From the NCBI GenBank assembly GCA_964618855.1, contig CAZUCD010000001.1, forward strand, positions 1-55,027: 55,027 nt of DNA. Reading direction: 5' to 3'. Origin of the DNA: an uncultured Candidatus Sumerlaeota bacterium (GTDB taxonomy: Bacteria; Sumerlaeota; Sumerlaeia; SLMS01; JANRJK01). Made by a program: the position numbers and the translations under genes. How positions within the stretch are numbered: position 1 is the first letter of the stretch; every line of letters begins with the position of its first letter. The notes under the pieces are model-generated. The model made no database searches, was not told where the DNA came from, and saw nothing but the letters and a program-made list of their open reading frames with translations. Shown here piece after piece: positions 1 through 10,683 of the stretch.

Positions 1-51
1 ACGCCGGAACAAGCCATCCTCCCCCGAGTCCATCCCCGACTCCCGATTCCC

Positions 52-2010
52 CTACCGGCGCGTGCGCTCGCTCCTCCGCGTGTTCATCGACCCAGGCTCC
101 GTCCCCATGTAGTAGTCGTTCCCCTCCACGGGCTTTGGCGTCCGGAAGGAGAACGTGTAGGGAACATTCTCGACATTGTCTCGGGTGATCGAGCGGGCGC
201 CGCGCCTGAGCGTGATCGTGTACTTCGTGTCGTACTCGAACCGCGTGTCCAGGAACACCGTCGTCCAGCCCGTGCGCGCCTCGTTCTTGAAGCGGACGTT
301 GGTCACCGCGCCGGTGGACGGGGAGATTCGCACATCGTTGATGGAGATGCTCGCCGGGTCGATCGGTGCGTTGAAGTAGATCCTCACCGGGACGTCGAAG
401 TACGGGAACGCGTCCGTCTGGCCGTCCTCCGGATAGGTCGCGATGATCCGGGGCCCACCTGTGATGAAGGCGAACTCGTAGTCCTCGGCCATCTCAGTCC
501 CGTCGATGTCGCGGACCGTGCCGTCCACCCGTATGGTGTACTTCGACTTGTAGCGCAGCGCCTTGCCTCGCGTGGGGTTCCCGACGAGCTGGAGCCGCAC
601 CAGCGAGAGTCCCTCGCGCCCCGAGGAGCCGCTCCCGGTCTCCATGCGGAAGTCCACGTCCGGCACGATCGTGAAGGCCCCGCGCAGTGAGGCCGGATCC
701 ATTGGCCGGGAGAACTGGATCGTCACCACCGTCGGATCGTCGATGGTGACGTTTCTGGCGTTGTGGTCCGGGTCCGTATAGACGACGCGGGGGCGTTCCA
801 CGCGGCGCTTGAGCACGATGTCCGTCGCCTTGTAGTCGGTCGCCTCGGCGATTTCGACCTCGACGAGGCGACCGGGCACATAGCCAGACAGCGACGCGGT
901 GATCTCGTGCGTGCCCGTGGGGACACCCTCGAGGACATATTCGCCGTTCCCATCGGTGAAGGCGACGATGTTGGACCCCGCCAGAGCGACCGCGATCCCG
1001 GAGGCCCCGTCCGTCTCGTCGTCCAGGATCACGCGCCCCGTGATCGTCGCAAACTCGTCCTCCATTCCCGTGCCTTCGAGGAGCGTCAGCGTCGCCTCGA
1101 AGGCGCGCACGTCCACCAGGTCCACCATCACCCGCTCCTCGAGGAGGAACCCCGGTGCACTGGCTGAGAGGATGTACTTGCCGGGTCGAACACTAGGGAA
1201 CTCGAAGCTCCCGTTGCTGTCCGGAAATGTCATCTGGCCGGACCCTTCCAGTGCCACCTGGACGATGTCGTAGGACGTTACCGGGTCCCCCTCGGAGTCC
1301 ACCATTTCGATCCGTCCGAAGACGGCATGAGGCTCCTCGGCGCCGCCGAGCGGAACGATGAGGAACTCGGGCAGCTTGGTTTCCTCGCCACCGCGGACCT
1401 CGACCTGCATTCGGACGGGCGTGTAGCCGGTGCGGTTCGCCTCCAATTCGCGGGCCCCCGGGGGGACGCCCCGCAGGGCCCATGCGCCCGCAGCGTCGGT
1501 GACGGTTCTGTAGTCCGTCCCCACGAGCGATACGATGACGCCGCTGTGGTCCGAGCGGTCCGCGACCCTCACCGTGCCCACGAGCGCCCCGAACGTCTCG
1601 GCCAGCACGGCCTTCGCGGCCTCGCGCGCCTGTTCCGTGTCCGCCTTCATCGCGATTGTGTCCAGGGTCTTGGCGGGGGGCGGGCGGAGGAGGTCCTCGG
1701 CCGCGATCGAGAAGGTTCCGATGTCGGCGGAGACGAGCCCCGCGCGCTGCGCCCGGAACTTGTAGGTCCCGATGGGAAGCCCGGAGATCGTGTACTTTCC
1801 CTCGGAGGAGGTCATCGCCATGTGGCCGGTGCCCTCGGCGAAGACGGTGATGCCGGCCGCGTCCATGCCCTCGGGAACGCGCACGGCCCCGGCCACCGAA
1901 GTCGTCGTCGGCGCCGGGGGGGCTTCCGCCTTCTCCTTATCCGAGCATGAAACGGAGAACAGCGCGGCGAGGAGCAGGGCGAGGAGGAGGCTGGGATGGA
2001 GCTTCATCAC
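52..2010 (-). CDS. Surface lipoprotein with repeated carboxypeptidase-regulatory-like beta-sandwich domains and two SbsA-type Ig-like (Big_5-like) domains
   Basis: 652-aa ORF with a TAG stop at 52-54. The N-terminus MMKLHPSLLLALLLAALFSVSC is a lipoprotein-type signal with a Cys lipobox. It contains repeated GxV/I..G.V modules (GALVGTVRVADRSDHSGVIVSL, ITGRVILDDETDGASGIAVAL). Two segments look like SbsA Ig-like domains (NVTIDDPTVVTIQFSRPMDPASL; VPVRIYFNAPIDPASI). Overlapping ORFs in other frames are R/P/G-rich shadows. Confidence 0.85.
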   Translation of the reverse strand: MMKLHPSLLLALLLAALFSVSCSDKEKAEAPPAPTTTSVAGAVRVPEGMDAAGITVFAEGTGHMAMTSSEGKYTISGLPIGTYKFRAQRAGLVSADIGTFSIAAEDLLRPPPAKTLDTIAMKADTEQAREAAKAVLAETFGALVGTVRVADRSDHSGVIVSLVGTDYRTVTDAAGAWALRGVPPGARELEANRTGYTPVRMQVEVRGGEETKLPEFLIVPLGGAEEPHAVFGRIEMVDSEGDPVTSYDIVQVALEGSGQMTFPDSNGSFEFPSVRPGKYILSASAPGFLLEERVMVDLVDVRAFEATLTLLEGTGMEDEFATITGRVILDDETDGASGIAVALAGSNIVAFTDGNGEYVLEGVPTGTHEITASLSGYVPGRLVEVEIAEATDYKATDIVLKRRVERPRVVYTDPDHNARNVTIDDPTVVTIQFSRPMDPASLRGAFTIVPDVDFRMETGSGSSGREGLSLVRLQLVGNPTRGKALRYKSKYTIRVDGTVRDIDGTEMAEDYEFAFITGGPRIIATYPEDGQTDAFPYFDVPVRIYFNAPIDPASISINDVRISPSTGAVTNVRFKNEARTGWTTVFLDTRFEYDTKYTITLRRGARSITRDNVENVPYTFSFRTPKPVEGNDYYMGTEPGSMNTRRSERTRR

Positions 2011-2035
2011 GCCACGGACTCTGGGGGATCGGCCC

Positions 2036-3352
2036 TTAGTTGTCTATGCGCTTCACGATCAGGGGCATCAGTTCGATCGTCTGGTCCTTCACGTGGAAGG
2101 CCCCCTTGAGGAGCTCCAAGCACTTTTCAAGCCCGCGTCCCCGCCGGTGGTAGATGGTCACCAGCGGCTCGCCCTTCTCCACCTGGTCGCCGGGCTTCTT
2201 GTGGACGATGAAGCCGACGCCATGGTCGATGGCGTCGTCCACGGCCTGCCTCCCGGCTCCGAGCACGTTGGCCGCGACGCCAATCGCGCGGGTGTCGCAC
2301 GTGATCAGGAAACCCTGAAAGTCCGACGTCAGGACGTGCTTGTCGGGCGCGATCTCCAGCATCTCGGGCATGTCGATGATGTCGGGAACCCCGCCTTGTG
2401 CCTCGATCCACTTGATGAACCGTTCCAGCGCGCGGCCTGAGTCGAGGGCGAGCACGGCCTTGCGCTCTGCCGAGGGCAGGTCCGGCGCCAATCCGCCAAG
2501 CAGCGCCATTTCCGCGGCCTGGCGTATCGTGAGATCGCGGAGGTCCTTCGGGCCCTTCCCCTGCAGCACGTCCAGGCACTCGCGCACCTCGATCGAGTTT
2601 CCGACCGCGTTGCCGAGGGGCTGGTCCATCCGCGTGATGAGGGCGACGGTCGGCAGGCCGATCTCCCGGCCGATGCGGACGAGGGTCTGCGCGAGCTCGC
2701 GCGACTTCTCGTAGGTCGGCATGAACGCGCCGCTTCCCGTCTTCACGTCCATCACCAGCGCCTTCGTGCCTGAGGCGGTCTTCTTGGACAGGATGGACGC
2801 GCAGATCAGGGGGATGCTCTCCACCGTCGCCGTGACGTCGCGGAGTGCGTAGAGTTTCTTGTCGGCGGGGACGAAGTCGTCCGTCTGGCCGATGATCGCG
2901 CAGCCGACGCGAGCGAGTTGCTCCTTGAACATCTCCTCCGTCAGGTTCCACCGGTAGCCGGGGATCGCGTCGAGCTTGTCGAGCGTGCCACCCGTGTGGC
3001 CCAGCGCCCGTCCGGACACCATCGGCACGATCACGCCCATCGAGGCCGCCAGCGGCGCCAGAATGAGCGAGACCTTGTCGCCGACGCCACCGGTCGAGTG
3101 CTTGTCCACCTTCGGGCCCTCGATGCCCGAAAGATCGTAGGTCTTCCCCGAGTGGATCATCACCCGGGTCAGCATCGCCGCCTCCTCCATCTCCATCCCA
3201 CGGAAGAAGACGGCCATCAGGAAGGCGGACATCTGGTAGTCCGGGATCGTGCCGGCGACGTACCCGGCGATGAATTCGTAGCACTCCTCGGAGGAGAGGG
3301 GGCGCCCTTCGCGCTTCTTGCGGATTACTTCGGGGACGTTGATGGGGGACAT
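2036..3352 (-). CDS. deoA: Thymidine / pyrimidine-nucleoside phosphorylase
   Basis: 438 aa. The N-terminal part reads as family-typical throughout (IRKKREGRPLS, MSAFLMAVFFRGM, KVDKHSTGGVGDKVSLILAPL, SGRALGHTGGTLDKLDAIPGY). Confidence 0.95.
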   Translation of the reverse strand: MSPINVPEVIRKKREGRPLSSEECYEFIAGYVAGTIPDYQMSAFLMAVFFRGMEMEEAAMLTRVMIHSGKTYDLSGIEGPKVDKHSTGGVGDKVSLILAPLAASMGVIVPMVSGRALGHTGGTLDKLDAIPGYRWNLTEEMFKEQLARVGCAIIGQTDDFVPADKKLYALRDVTATVESIPLICASILSKKTASGTKALVMDVKTGSGAFMPTYEKSRELAQTLVRIGREIGLPTVALITRMDQPLGNAVGNSIEVRECLDVLQGKGPKDLRDLTIRQAAEMALLGGLAPDLPSAERKAVLALDSGRALERFIKWIEAQGGVPDIIDMPEMLEIAPDKHVLTSDFQGFLITCDTRAIGVAANVLGAGRQAVDDAIDHGVGFIVHKKPGDQVEKGEPLVTIYHRRGRGLEKCLELLKGAFHVKDQTIELMPLIVKRIDN

Positions 3353-3430
3353 GCTTTCAGCCTGTGGAGTCTGCCGGTGGTGGCCAACGCGAAAGGGCCC
3401 CGGGGATACCCTGATTTGCTCGCGGGCACC

Positions 3431-4657
3431 TCAGCCCGCGTACAAGCGCAACTCGTTCACTGTGTAGTCCAGCATCGACTTCACCTCGTTGTAGTCCGGA
3501 TGGCGGAAGCACACGAAGCCATCGCTGACCAGCGTCTGCAGCCAGTCGCGGCGCGGCGTTCCAATCGGCAGCAGGTTCTCCCACACCAGGGCGTCCCCGC
3601 ACCTGCGCCGCACCCGGTCCAGTCCGTCATAACCCGTGATGCGGCCCTGCCCGTGGGCGCGCTTGAAAACCATTCCCACGTTGTAGCGGCGCGTGATCTC
3701 GGCCTCCCACTTCCCGAAGCAAACGCTCCGCCCCCATTCGCGGAAGATGTCGAAGTCGTTCGAGAAGTTCATCATGTCCACAAGGTGGCCCCCACCGCTC
3801 CGGCAGCCGATCTCGCCGAAAACTACCTCCCCCTTCGAGGTGAGGAACCACTCCATGTGCGTGAAGCCGGTGCCCATCCTCATGGCCTTCAGGACGTCCA
3901 GGCCGAGCTTGATCCCGCCCTCGAGCTTCGGCATGCGCAAGTCCCGGAAAGTGATCTGCGCGGGGCTGATCCACTCGTTGGAACGCGCCTCGAGCGGGCG
4001 CGGGTGGTACTGCGTCACGGAGTAGAACTGCGCCTCTCCCTCGATGCTCACCGCGTCGAAGGTGAATTCCTCGCCTTCGATGAACTCCTCGACGTTGACC
4101 TCCGGCACGTGGCCGAGGCGGGGAAGGACCTTCTCCGTCTCCTCCTTGGAGCCGAGGCGGTAGGTGTCCGCGCTGCCGGCGCCCGCGATGGGCTTCACTA
4201 TGGCGGGATAGCCGATCTTCTCCAGCGCAGCCCAGACCTCCTTGACCGTGGTCGCCCGTTGCGACATGGGCACGCGAAGGCCCGCGTCGCGAACCCGCGC
4301 CTTCATCAGGTCCTTGTCCCGGAAGTGCTTCACGGTATCGAGGCTCATGCCGGGGATGCCGAAGTGCTCCCGGATGCGGGCCGCGAGTTCCACGAAGGGC
4401 TCCCAGAGGCACTCCACCTTGTCGGGCGTGCGGCCATTCATCCACTGGCCCACGGCCGCGACCACCTCCTCTTCGCGGCCCAGCGCAGGGACGTGGAGAT
4501 ATCCGGTCAGGCAGGCGCGCACATGGTGGGGCAGGTAGTGCTCCGGCACATCCGCCACCGCGTAGATCTCCGCCCCCACGTCCTTCAGCCCGCGAGTGAA
4601 GTTCTCCATCTCCGGGGGAAAGTGGGGGGAAATGAAAACGATGCGCACGATGGCCAT
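3431..4657 (-). CDS. ATP-grasp domain protein (carboxylate-amine ligase type, substrate unknown)
   Basis: The ATP-grasp pattern is present: DKDLMKARVRDAGLRVP, YPAIVKPIAGAGSADTYRL, VNVEEFIEGEEFTFD. The ORF extends to 4702, but the ATG at 4657 (MAIVRIVFISPHFP) removes an R-rich leader. CAT was verified at 4655-4657. Confidence 0.85.
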   Translation of the reverse strand: MAIVRIVFISPHFPPEMENFTRGLKDVGAEIYAVADVPEHYLPHHVRACLTGYLHVPALGREEEVVAAVGQWMNGRTPDKVECLWEPFVELAARIREHFGIPGMSLDTVKHFRDKDLMKARVRDAGLRVPMSQRATTVKEVWAALEKIGYPAIVKPIAGAGSADTYRLGSKEETEKVLPRLGHVPEVNVEEFIEGEEFTFDAVSIEGEAQFYSVTQYHPRPLEARSNEWISPAQITFRDLRMPKLEGGIKLGLDVLKAMRMGTGFTHMEWFLTSKGEVVFGEIGCRSGGGHLVDMMNFSNDFDIFREWGRSVCFGKWEAEITRRYNVGMVFKRAHGQGRITGYDGLDRVRRRCGDALVWENLLPIGTPRRDWLQTLVSDGFVCFRHPDYNEVKSMLDYTVNELRLYAG

Positions 4658-4782
4658 CCTCGGGCGGGGGGCTCCCTTGCGGCTCCGGCATCGAACCGGC
4701 ACCAGTTGGGGCGGGAACTCGGCTGAACCCTTCGAACTTCCGACACCCGGCGCGAGGTGTCAAAAGCCATCCGACTGCCCGT

Positions 4783-5157
4783 TCACCCGAGCCATTGCTG
4801 GAAGCGCAGGGTGTTGCCGTCCGGGTCCCGGACATACATCTCCCTCACCCCCCAAGTCTGGTCGGTCGGCGCCAAGTGTATCTCCACCGAGCGCCCGAGG
4901 AACTCCCGATGCAGCGCATCCACGTCGTGCACGACGATGTTCGCCATTCCCCCGACGCCCCCGTCCCCTGCGTGCGCCGAGAGATGCAGCCTGATCCCCT
5001 CCCGGATGATGCTCGTGTAGGCGGGATCCTCCCCGCCCGACTCCGGGAGGTTCTGGGACTCAACGGCGAATCCCATTCCTCCGCAGTAATGCGCCAGCGC
5101 CGCCGCCGTGCTCGACACGTGCAGCAGGGGAATGACGCAACGAAAGTTGTTTCCCAT
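4783..5157 (-). CDS. VOC-family protein (glyoxalase / bleomycin-resistance fold)
   Basis: 124 aa. The C-terminal block APTDQTWGVREMYVRDPDGNTLRF is typical of the bleomycin-resistance/glyoxalase superfamily. Confidence 0.85.
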   Translation of the reverse strand: MGNNFRCVIPLLHVSSTAAALAHYCGGMGFAVESQNLPESGGEDPAYTSIIREGIRLHLSAHAGDGGVGGMANIVVHDVDALHREFLGRSVEIHLAPTDQTWGVREMYVRDPDGNTLRFQQWLG

Positions 5158-5467
5158 GGGCCTGATTCCGTTGGAGTTGGGCGTGACTCACACCTGTCAC
5201 TTCCGTGACCCCGCCTGGTCGGGTGGCCAGCGGACACCCCTCCCTCGACGTCCTGTCAACGCCAATCGCCCAGAGGCCGAAACGGTCTGTCCGTATCGGG
5301 GGTTCCGCCGTGCGGACCTCCAAGTTTTCCCTGTCCCCCGCAGGGTTCATCATATTAAACGCTCTCCCAGAGAAAAGAGGCAGGGCTTCGCGCGCCCAAT
5401 TCCAACCCGCGGCGCGACCCACATCCCGATCAGGGGAGGTGAGGTGCCCTCAAGAAAGGTACGTTTC

Positions 5468-7057
<1,590 letters not shown>

Positions 7058-7172
7058 CACGGCCGGCCCCCGGAGTCGGGTTTCAGTTGCAGGGAAAGCC
7101 AGATGCTGTACACATCACATGGAGCCGGGAGGTTGACTCCCGGCTCCATTGCTCTTCCCCCCCGACAGCGGA

Positions 7173-7185
7173 CCCCCCCCCCCCC
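7173..7185 (+). repeat. Homopolymeric C13 tract, followed by G4 then C6
   Basis: Counted directly in gaCCCCCCCCCCCCCggggcccccc. It lies between the pckA stop (7057) and the ATG at 7256, and inside the alternative upstream-extended ORF that begins at 7103. Confidence 0.9.
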
Positions 7186-7201
7186 GGGGCCCCCCGACTG
7201 C

Positions 7202-7237
7202 GAACCCACCCACCCGCTTGCCCCGGGAACCCACCCA
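7202..7237 (+). repeat. 11-bp direct repeat GAACCCACCCA, two copies (7202-7212 and 7227-7237)
   Basis: Both copies are exact and their starts are 25 bp apart. The second copy ends 19 bp upstream of the ATG at 7256. Confidence 0.6.
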
Positions 7238-7255
7238 ACTCCAATCACGCATCCC

Positions 7256-7621
7256 ATGTCCCGCCGCCGCTCCGGCTTCACCATTCTCTGCGTGCTCATG
7301 TCCGTGGTGATCATCATGATCCTCACGTCAAGCTACATGGCGCCCACGGCCCCGGGCGGGAAGGCGTTCGCCTACACCGTGATCGACCGGGCCAAGGGCG
7401 CCGCAACCGCCGCGAACCTGCGCAGCGCACAGACGGCACTTCAGATGCAGCAGATGGATGGAAGGATGGACGCGCGCCAGGTGAAGGCCTTCCTGGCCAC
7501 GCTCGCGCCACCGGCGGACGGGGGACGCTACTTCATCACGCCCGACGGTGACCTCATGGTGACTACCATGATCCAGATGCCCCTTTGGGCCGACCGGTTC
7601 AAGCTGCCAAGAGGGCGGTAG
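7256..7621 (+). CDS. Small hypothetical protein with a pilin-like N-terminus (MSRRRSGFTILCVLMSVVIIMIL)
   Basis: 121 aa from a verified ATG at 7256. It has a basic leader, then G-F-T-I-L and a hydrophobic helix like a class-III signal, but Cys sits where the +5 Glu normally is. I recognise no other homology. Confidence 0.5.
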   Translation: MSRRRSGFTILCVLMSVVIIMILTSSYMAPTAPGGKAFAYTVIDRAKGAATAANLRSAQTALQMQQMDGRMDARQVKAFLATLAPPADGGRYFITPDGDLMVTTMIQMPLWADRFKLPRGR

Positions 7622-7641
7622 ATACTTGGGACTTCGGCTGC

Positions 7642-7694
7642 CGGGTTTCGGGTGGCGGCCGATCCAGTTCGACGCGACCACCATCCGAAACCCG
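7642..7694. terminator. Long stem-loop between convergent genes (possible bidirectional terminator)
   Basis: CGGGTTTCGG (7642-7651) pairs perfectly with CCGAAACCCG (7685-7694). The stem can extend by GGTGG/CCACC across a 2-nt bulge. There is no clear U-tract. Confidence 0.4.
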
Positions 7695-7719
7695 ACACCT
7701 GCAAGCCGTTCTGCCCGCC

Positions 7720-8709
7720 TTATCCGAGCAGCTTCGCCAACTCGATGCACCGGTTGGTGTAGCCCCACTCGTTGTCGTACCAGGCGAGGACCTTCACCAT
7801 GTCGTCCACGACAAAGGTCTGCGATGCATCGACCGTGGAGCTCTGCCGCGAATGGTTGAAGTCGCAGGAAACGAGCGGCTCCGTCGTGTAGTCCAGGATG
7901 CCCTTCATGGGCCCACGCGCCGCCTCCTCGAGCGCGGCATTGACCTCCGCCTTCGTCACCGGACGCCGCAGCGTTGCCACGAAATCCACGAGCGACACGT
8001 TCGGTGTCGGCACGCGGACGGCAAGGCCGTCGAGCTTCCCCTTCAGCTCCGGGATGACCAGGCCGATGGCCTTCGCCGCACCGGTCGAGGACGGGATCAT
8101 CGACAGGGCCGCCGCGCGGGCGCGGCGCATGTCCTTGTGCACGAGGTCGAGCAGGTTCTGGTCGTTCGTGTACGAGTGGATCGTCGTGACGAGCCCCTTC
8201 GCGACGCCGAATTTGTCGTTCAGCACCTTGACGACCGGCGCGAGGCAGTTCGTCGTGCAGCTTGCGTTCGAGATGATCTTCGCCTCGGCGGGGATCTTGT
8301 CGGAGTTCACGCCAATGACGACGGTGTAGTCGGAGTTTTCGCCCGGGGCGGTGATGATGACGCGCTCGGCTCCCGCGCCGAGGTGCTTGGCCGCATCGTC
8401 CCTCTTCGTGAACCGGCCCGTGGACTCGAACACGTACTTCACGCCGTTCGCCTTGTGCGGAAGGTTGGCCGGGTCCTTCTCCTGGGTGACGACGATCCTG
8501 CGGCCGTTCACGACGAGGGCGTTGCCGTCGACGCTGACGTCGCCCTGGAAGCGGCCATGCACGGAGTCGTACTTGAAGAGGTGGGCGTTGGCGTCGAGCG
8601 GCGCGAGGTCGTTGATCGAGACGACCTCGATCCCCTGATGCTCCAGCGCGGCGCGGAGTGCCAGGCGCCCGATGCGCCCAAAGCCGTTGATGGCAACCTT
8701 GATACCCAT
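7720..8709 (-). CDS. gap: Glyceraldehyde-3-phosphate dehydrogenase (type I)
   Basis: [16 protein letters not shown]-terminus and active-site [12 protein letters not shown], plus WYDNEWGY near the C-terminus. ATG at 8709 was verified (329 aa). The ORF continues to 8790 but without homology. Confidence 0.95.
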   Translation of the reverse strand: MGIKVAINGFGRIGRLALRAALEHQGIEVVSINDLAPLDANAHLFKYDSVHGRFQGDVSVDGNALVVNGRRIVVTQEKDPANLPHKANGVKYVFESTGRFTKRDDAAKHLGAGAERVIITAPGENSDYTVVIGVNSDKIPAEAKIISNASCTTNCLAPVVKVLNDKFGVAKGLVTTIHSYTNDQNLLDLVHKDMRRARAAALSMIPSSTGAAKAIGLVIPELKGKLDGLAVRVPTPNVSLVDFVATLRRPVTKAEVNAALEEAARGPMKGILDYTTEPLVSCDFNHSRQSSTVDASQTFVVDDMVKVLAWYDNEWGYTNRCIELAKLLG

Positions 8710-9128
8710 GTCGCGAGTGTTCTCCTTGGCGGTCGTGGGGTGCCGGGCGCACCGGTGCGGGCGCAGGCGAACCCCGAGTTGCGTGCGCATGGAGAGGTCG
8801 CGCCGATTGCGGAATGGGGCAAGGCGTGTTTGCCCCGTAAAGCGTTTCGCCGCGCGGGCGAAGCGCCCCCCAGCGGGGCAGTGGCCCGCGCCGCCACCCG
8901 CGCTCCGGGAAGTTTTTTTTCACCCCGGCGCACCGCCCCGCGCGGGGAGTTCCCGTGCCCGCCGCAAAAATCCGTCAAGGCCCAACTTCGCGCGCGCGCC
9001 CGCGCCCGGTGCCGCTGTTTTTCATGCGTTGACAGGGTTCGGGAGGTCCCAGCACCCTTCGCGCCGCTCCGGGACCACCGCGCGCGCCCACACGCCGCAA
9101 ACGCCCCCAACCGACAAAGGAACAAAGC

Positions 9129-10505
9129 ATGGCCGACGTCTTTCCGTTCGCGGGAACACGCTACAATCCGAAGGATGGCAAGGTCGACATGGGGGCCCTC
9201 ATCTGCCCGCCCTTCGACGTCATCACGCCGGAGTTGCGCAAGAAGCTCCACGAGGCCAGCGACATCAACCTCGTCCGCCTCATCGCAGGCTTCGACGCGC
9301 CGAGCGACGACGACCACGCCAACCGCTACACGCGCGCCGCCGAGTGCTACCGCGACTGGAAGAGCAAGCAGGTCCTGCAGGACGAGCAGCGCAAGTGCTT
9401 CTACATCTACGAGCAGGAGTTCAAGATCCCGGGCACGCGCCGCACCATGAAGCGCACGGGATTCATCGCCCTCGTCAAGCTCCAGGACTACCGCAGCGGC
9501 AAGATCCGCGCACACGAAATGACCCTGCGCACCCTGCGCAACGAACAGCTCCGCCTGCTCAAGTCGGTGCAGGTCAACCTCACGCCGCCATTCATGCTCT
9601 ACCGTGACGAGGAGGACAAGATCGGCAGGATACTCCGCGAGGCGATCGACGGAAAGAAGGGCGAGTCCTCCACGCCGACGGTCGAGGCCAAGGACATCGA
9701 GGGCACCACGCACCGTCTCTGGATGATCCATCGCAAGGAGCCCATCCTCGCCGTCCACGAGGCCCTCAAGCCGATGCGCCTCTACATCGCCGACGGGCAC
9801 CACATCTACGACGCCGCGCTCGCCTATCGCGACGAGATGCGCGAGGCGACCGGACGCCGCGACGGACGCCAGCCCTACGACCACATGATGATGTTCCTCC
9901 ACAACGCCGACGAGTCCAAGCTCAGCATCCTTCCCATCCACCGCGTGCTGGCCCGCGAGCTCGGCGCCGACGTCGACATCGAGGAAGTCCTCGAGGATCT
10001 CCGCGAGTACTTCACCGCGAAGGAGTTCAAAGTCGGCATGGACGACCTGAAGAAGGCCGCGGCCACCATCCAGGAGAAGTTCGACGCCTCCACCTCGGAC
10101 CGCCCCCGCTTCGCCATGGTCCTCCCGACGGGCCGCTCGTTCTTCCTCACGCTCCGCAAGGAAACCGACCTTTCCGAGGTCATCGAGGAGGAAACGATGA
10201 GCGACGAGCTCAAGAACCTCGACGTGACGATCCTGCACAACTACGTGATCACGCGCGGCTGGATCGGCAACCCGGAGGTCGAACTGGGCGAGGACGACAT
10301 CTACTACCGCCGCGACGCCGAGGAGGCGCTCGAGCTCCTGCGCAGGCGCCGTGGCTCCGTCGCCTTCATCGTGCAGCCCCGCAAGCTGGAGGAGGTCCTG
10401 CAGATTGCGGAGAACGGCGAACTCATGCCGCCTAACACGACATTCTTCACGCCGAAGCTCGGGTGCGGACTCGTCATGCGCGACCTCCAGGTCGGATTCG
10501 GCTGA
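9129..10505 (+). CDS. DUF1015 family protein
   Basis: 458 aa. The start (MADVFPFAGTRYN...ICPPFDVI) is family-typical, and ADGHHIYDAALAY follows later. Confidence 0.88.
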   Translation: MADVFPFAGTRYNPKDGKVDMGALICPPFDVITPELRKKLHEASDINLVRLIAGFDAPSDDDHANRYTRAAECYRDWKSKQVLQDEQRKCFYIYEQEFKIPGTRRTMKRTGFIALVKLQDYRSGKIRAHEMTLRTLRNEQLRLLKSVQVNLTPPFMLYRDEEDKIGRILREAIDGKKGESSTPTVEAKDIEGTTHRLWMIHRKEPILAVHEALKPMRLYIADGHHIYDAALAYRDEMREATGRRDGRQPYDHMMMFLHNADESKLSILPIHRVLARELGADVDIEEVLEDLREYFTAKEFKVGMDDLKKAAATIQEKFDASTSDRPRFAMVLPTGRSFFLTLRKETDLSEVIEEETMSDELKNLDVTILHNYVITRGWIGNPEVELGEDDIYYRRDAEEALELLRRRRGSVAFIVQPRKLEEVLQIAENGELMPPNTTFFTPKLGCGLVMRDLQVGFG

Positions 10506-10532
10506 CCCGGATCCGCTCGACAGGATGCCCAA

Positions 10533-10565
10533 GTGGGGCCGGCACCACCGGCCCCACTTTTGTTT
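10533..10565 (+). terminator. Rho-independent terminator after the DUF1015 gene
   Basis: GTGGGGCCGG-cacca-CCGGCCCCAC forms a perfect 10-bp stem. It is followed immediately by TTTTGTTT, 28 nt after the stop codon. Confidence 0.85.
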
Positions 10566-10683
10566 GGCTCGGGGACGACGAAATCGTCCTTTCCAATCTT
10601 GACAGTGTTCGGCGCAGCAAAGGATCGGTCGGCGAGAGGCCGCCGCAAGGCGACCCCAAAGCGTCCCCGCCGAGGTCCCGCCC

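Noticed and set aside
2918-4726. 602-aa plus-strand ORF spanning the deoA and ATP-grasp genes. Similar long ORFs lie at 2127-3284, 3627-4835, 7328-8923, 7585-9450, 8508-10901, 11403-13688, 16026-17762, 44005-45306 and 49967-51472.
   Set aside because: All lie antisense to, or out of frame with, genes that carry clear family motifs. Their translations are Arg/Gly/Ala/Pro/His-rich low-complexity strings without recognisable motifs. This is typical of stop-codon-poor shadow frames in high-GC DNA.
5345-5362. AT-rich patch ttcatcatattaaacg in the VOC/pckA divergent spacer as a -10 element.
   Set aside because: TATTAA matches TATAAT at only 4 of 6 positions, and there is no plausible -35 at the correct spacing. 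It is too weak to call.
9029-9057. TTGACA hexamer as the -35 element of a sigma70-type promoter for the DUF1015 gene.
   Set aside because: No TATAAT-like -10 element lies 16-19 bp downstream (the sequence there is gcaccc). Promoter consensus for this lineage is unknown, so it is not reported as a feature.
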